A stretch of DNA of 52,142 bases from Albugo candida. Its lineage: Eukaryota. Position numbers and translations under genes: made by a program. The notes under the pieces were generated by a model, which saw only the letters and a list, made by a program, of their open reading frames with translations, made no database searches and was not told the DNA's origin. Location: NCBI GenBank assembly GCA_040437565.1, contig JBDOQK010000078.1, forward strand, positions 62,001-114,142. The letters run 5' to 3'. This document shows, piece after piece, positions 48,396 to 52,142 of the stretch. How positions within the stretch are numbered: the stretch's first letter is position 1; every line of letters starts with the position of its first letter.

Positions 48396-48837
48396 AGCCT
48401 CTCGAGTTTAGGAATGAATAGCACTCTCCGATGTGAGTAGCTGATCTCGATCGTGTTAGTAGCGTGAGCTACAAGCTGTAATATGGAGCATCGTATCGAG
48501 ACGGCGCCATATCGTCAGCGTCCTAGAGATCCCACTATGACTCAATATACACAAATGCTTCTCTGTCGAATATGCTTTTACGTCGACGCCCTATTCCTCC
48601 GGCTGTAATTGGAATCACATGTTATGTAAAAGCGTGGTCGATAGCATCCCTTCCAATACATTGATCAAGTCAAACGCACTGAATCGCATTCTCAGTTGTC
48701 ATCTACGTATCTACGTGCCCCTCGAGATCAATCACACAATTTATTGCGTTCTATCGGCTTTGGTGACCGAAAAATCCTATTTCTATTATTTATCATTGCG
48801 TTTTTATATTAAAATTCTTGGCGATATTTCAGTGAGT

Positions 48838-51800
48838 ATGAAACGAACACGAGAATTCACGAGTTTGGTCGCTTCCGACGAGAGATTTATGGCCAACACA
48901 TCGTTTATTTCAGAATGCAGCAGCACTCAAACGACAAATTTACGATCGTCGTATCTCCTTGCCAGCAGAAACAGTCGGAATCGTCAGTATTACGAGCAAA
49001 ATAGGGAAAGTCCTGCGATTCTTGGAGGTCGATCGAGTCTGGATGAGATGGAATTATCAGCGCGAGACAATCGGAGCCATCACAGCAACGAAACACCACG
49101 AAGCAGCACATTTAGCACCAAGCTGGAGGAAAGGCGATTCTTATACACGCAACAGAGAGAACAGAAGCGAATTACGTGCAAGCGTGCAGACCACAGTCCT
49201 TACAATGACAGCTCTATCTCATCCAACGACTCGAATATGTACACTTCTCCAACGCGAGACGGAATGTATACGACTCAGAAGAACGAAGAGCATAATTCTC
49301 CGATTTGCTCGAAAGCAGCGACTTTCACGTCAGAAGCGCGAATCCAAGTGGCAGACAAAATGGACGATACAAACACTTGTCGAGAAGTGTATTTCAATTA
49401 TGATCCGGGAAATGCAACGTATCGTAATCGATCAAATGCGATGATGAGCTATCGATACACAATCCTTACAGCTGTGCCTCTCATTCTCCATCAGATATTC
49501 ACAAAGGCGTCCAATGTCTACTTTTTCATTATTTGCGTCGTACAATCTTTCCCACAGATTTCAAACGCATTTGGGTATCCGTCCACCGTCCCGGCATTTC
49601 TCCTTCTCATTTGCTTGGAATTTATCATTTCAGTAGCGCAAGATCAAAGACGACGACAAAGCTGCGAGCAAGTGAATCGGATGAAAACTCATATTTTACG
49701 CAATAAAAGCTTTCAAGACGTATTGTGGCGCGACGTCAAAGTCGGAGATTTCATTCAGGTGCGACATTTAGAAATGGTTCCAGCAGATATTTTACTATTA
49801 GCGGTATCGGATCCAATTGGCGATGGAGACGGCGTTTGTTTTGTGGAAACCCGACAAGTAGATGGAGCAATTCATAGGAAAACACGTGAGGTTCTTCCAT
49901 GTACGACGGAGACGGTCCACGATGCCGCAGATCTGTTGAGACTTCGCGGTGTGGCACGATACAACACAAACTCAGTACGCTCGACATTTGAAGGAGTCGC
50001 TGATGTGAGTATGGAGAACTCGCAAGAAATGCAGCACATTCCATTCGCATTGAAGAATGTTTTGTTACGCGGCCACATTCTACGCGACACCGAATTCATT
50101 TACGGCTTAGTGTTGGGTACAGGTGCTGATACCAAATTACTGAAAAGCAATGGACAGAGATGGAAACGTAGCGAGCTGATGTGTTTATTAGACAAAGTGG
50201 TAGGTATTTTATGCATCCACATGGTCGTCAGTTTTGCAATAGCGGCTTCCTTTGCTCTGATGCGTTCCTCCCACGATGCAAGGGAGCCTCCGTGGTATCT
50301 CTACATCTTCAAGACAACTGGCGATTCGTTCCTCGTCATATTTTTCAGTCTCCTTCTATCATGCTATCCGATCGTTCCGATTTCAGTATGCGTATCGGTG
50401 ACCAGTGTGAAGCTTATCCAAGCAATGTACATCATGTGGGAAGCCCAAGTCCAAGCTCAATGTGCCAAAGACTCGAGCGCATTGGGAGCATTAAACTTGG
50501 AATCACACGAACAACTCGGTCGGATTTCTCACCTTTTTATCGATAAGAATGGGACTTTAACTCGGAATTGCATGCGATTACGGAAATGCTCTATCAATGG
50601 AATTTCGTATGCGTTGGATCTCAATAAGGAATGCACATTGAGCTCTCAATTAGAGAAAGAACAGCGAGTAATGGAACTTGTTTGCGAGCAAAAGGATGGA
50701 AGCAGTGGAATGTATACGGAAGAACGCGAGAAGATGGAGCAGTTTTTAGAGCATCTTTCAGTATGTCATAATATCTCATCGGATGCGTTTATGAACGGAA
50801 AAAAGGCCTCTTGCGATGATGAAGCACTTTTAGCGGCTGCTGCTTCCATGGGATTTATTTGCAAGCGTCAGAGCAATAAGCACATTTCTTTGAAAGTGCA
50901 TGGAGTCACACAAACATTTGAAATCCTCGAGCAGCTTTTTGACAATCGTTCTCGAGGTCGAGTGTCTATCGTTCTCCGAAGAGCGAATGGCGATCTGTTT
51001 TTGTATTGTAAAGGAACTGGAAGCCAAATGTACTCGCGTTTACGTTCAAGTGATCGATTAGAGAGACTCAAAGCCCAGACGCAACAACATGTCAATGAAT
51101 ACGCGAAAGAAGGACTGAGAACACTGGTGCTTGCTGTGAAGAAGCTCGAGAAAGCCTTCTTTGCGAAATGGCAAAAATCGTACGTTCACGCTCAAAGTCA
51201 ATGCACTGCAATGAAAAAGCAGAGAGAATGCAGTTCCAAACTCGATGCAGTTATAAACGAATTGGAATCGGATTTGGAAGTGATTGGAGCCATTGGAGTC
51301 GAACATGAGCTCGAGGACAAAGTGCCCGAATGCGTCCAAAGTCTCACAGAAGCTGGAATTCGAATTTGGATGCTGACGGGAGATAACGAGGAAATGGCGA
51401 TTTCCAGCGGATACGCATCGACGCTCTTAAGTCCTTCCGCTCAACAAATTGTACTCACAGCATCGACGTGTGATGCGATCGGCGTGGAAGCTTTTCTCGA
51501 AGAAGCTTTGAATTCAATTCGACACGAAGATGATGCACAGATTGCGATCATTACTGATGGCGCAGCGTTGGATTGGATCATTAATCGACAATTAATGTCA
51601 GCATTTCTCGATATCGCGATACGTTGTCGTGTGGTGATTGCTGGTGGAATGTCTCCCGCTCAAAAAGGAAAGCTCGTGCGTCTCGTGCGTCAGAATGTTC
51701 CAAGTGCTCGTACATTAGCAATTGGCAATGGATCGAGCGATATTGCAATGATGTTGGCTGCAGACGTCGGTGTGAGTCTTCAGAGTCGAGATACCATGCA

Positions 51801-52142
51801 AACTGTCATTCTCAGTGATTATGCGATTCCTCAGTTCTATTTTATTCAGAAACTGCTGCTCGTTCATGGTCGATGGAGCTATCTCCGTCTGTCAAAAGTG
51901 GTGCATTACATTTTGTATGCGAATTTCACGTTATTCTCTGTAGCGTATCTTCAGAGTGCGATTTGGGGATATCATAATGCGTCAGTGTATTGGGAAACCT
52001 CGATCCATTTGTATTCGACGCTGTTTATCACTCTTCCAATTCTGACGGTCGCCATTTTGGATCAGGACGTGTCGGCTGATGTATTGATGGAACATCCTTT
52101 TTTGTATCGGAAATTCGCATCACAGAATCTGATTAGCATTTC
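48838..52142 (+). CDS. P4-type ATPase (phospholipid flippase family) with degenerate catalytic motifs; runs off window end
   Basis: Open frame from ATG 48838 to the window end (absent from the ORF track because it has no stop). WRDVKVGDFIQV, VPADILLL, PISV, LFIDKNGTLT, GLRTL, IWMLTGD, LLLVHGRWSY. Confidence 0.9.
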   Translation, partial: MKRTREFTSLVASDERFMANTSFISECSSTQTTNLRSSYLLASRNSRNRQYYEQNRESPAILGGRSSLDEMELSARDNRSHHSNETPRSSTFSTKLEERRFLYTQQREQKRITCKRADHSPYNDSSISSNDSNMYTSPTRDGMYTTQKNEEHNSPICSKAATFTSEARIQVADKMDDTNTCREVYFNYDPGNATYRNRSNAMMSYRYTILTAVPLILHQIFTKASNVYFFIICVVQSFPQISNAFGYPSTVPAFLLLICLEFIISVAQDQRRRQSCEQVNRMKTHILRNKSFQDVLWRDVKVGDFIQVRHLEMVPADILLLAVSDPIGDGDGVCFVETRQVDGAIHRKTREVLPCTTETVHDAADLLRLRGVARYNTNSVRSTFEGVADVSMENSQEMQHIPFALKNVLLRGHILRDTEFIYGLVLGTGADTKLLKSNGQRWKRSELMCLLDKVVGILCIHMVVSFAIAASFALMRSSHDAREPPWYLYIFKTTGDSFLVIFFSLLLSCYPIVPISVCVSVTSVKLIQAMYIMWEAQVQAQCAKDSSALGALNLESHEQLGRISHLFIDKNGTLTRNCMRLRKCSINGISYALDLNKECTLSSQLEKEQRVMELVCEQKDGSSGMYTEEREKMEQFLEHLSVCHNISSDAFMNGKKASCDDEALLAAAASMGFICKRQSNKHISLKVHGVTQTFEILEQLFDNRSRGRVSIVLRRANGDLFLYCKGTGSQMYSRLRSSDRLERLKAQTQQHVNEYAKEGLRTLVLAVKKLEKAFFAKWQKSYVHAQSQCTAMKKQRECSSKLDAVINELESDLEVIGAIGVEHELEDKVPECVQSLTEAGIRIWMLTGDNEEMAISSGYASTLLSPSAQQIVLTASTCDAIGVEAFLEEALNSIRHEDDAQIAIITDGAALDWIINRQLMSAFLDIAIRCRVVIAGGMSPAQKGKLVRLVRQNVPSARTLAIGNGSSDIAMMLAADVGVSLQSRDTMQTVILSDYAIPQFYFIQKLLLVHGRWSYLRLSKVVHYILYANFTLFSVAYLQSAIWGYHNASVYWETSIHLYSTLFITLPILTVAILDQDVSADVLMEHPFLYRKFASQNLISI

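Noticed and set aside
26436-51818. Numerous short antisense or alternate-frame ORFs inside core genes
   Set aside because: Shadow ORFs of the long, well-supported CDSs.

Overview
Eukaryotic, oomycete-type genomic scaffold, most consistent with an Albugo (white rust) species. This is inferred from 45-60 nt introns, INR/FPR-like promoter motifs, TTTAGGG telomere-type repeats, a retained flagellar dynein gene and CxxC-module effector remnants. The window has two compartments. (1) About 1-26.3 kb is gene-sparse and repeat-rich. It holds a segmentally duplicated family of secreted HAD-fold proteins with degenerate catalytic motifs (one intact, one frameshifted in a homopolymer, one inverted pseudogene), two decayed multi-CxxC (CCG/CHxC-like) effector genes, an intact orphan secreted protein, a degenerate Ty1/copia element, an AT-rich tandem repeat, and a ~0.9 kb inverted-repeat-bounded element carrying interstitial telomeric repeats. 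(2) About 26.3-52.1 kb is gene-dense with every called gene on the + strand: MATE transporter, folate-biopterin transporter, WDR63/DNAI3-like dynein intermediate chain, FtsJ/RlmE-type rRNA methyltransferase, an unknown gene, two START-like/FYVE-like proteins, a stand-alone glutamate synthase small subunit, G-protein beta, an ATAD2/Yta7 bromodomain AAA ATPase, and a P4-ATPase with several degenerate catalytic motifs. Several 100-N gaps are flanked by exact duplications that are probably assembly overlaps. All family assignments come from motif recognition by eye; no database search was run.
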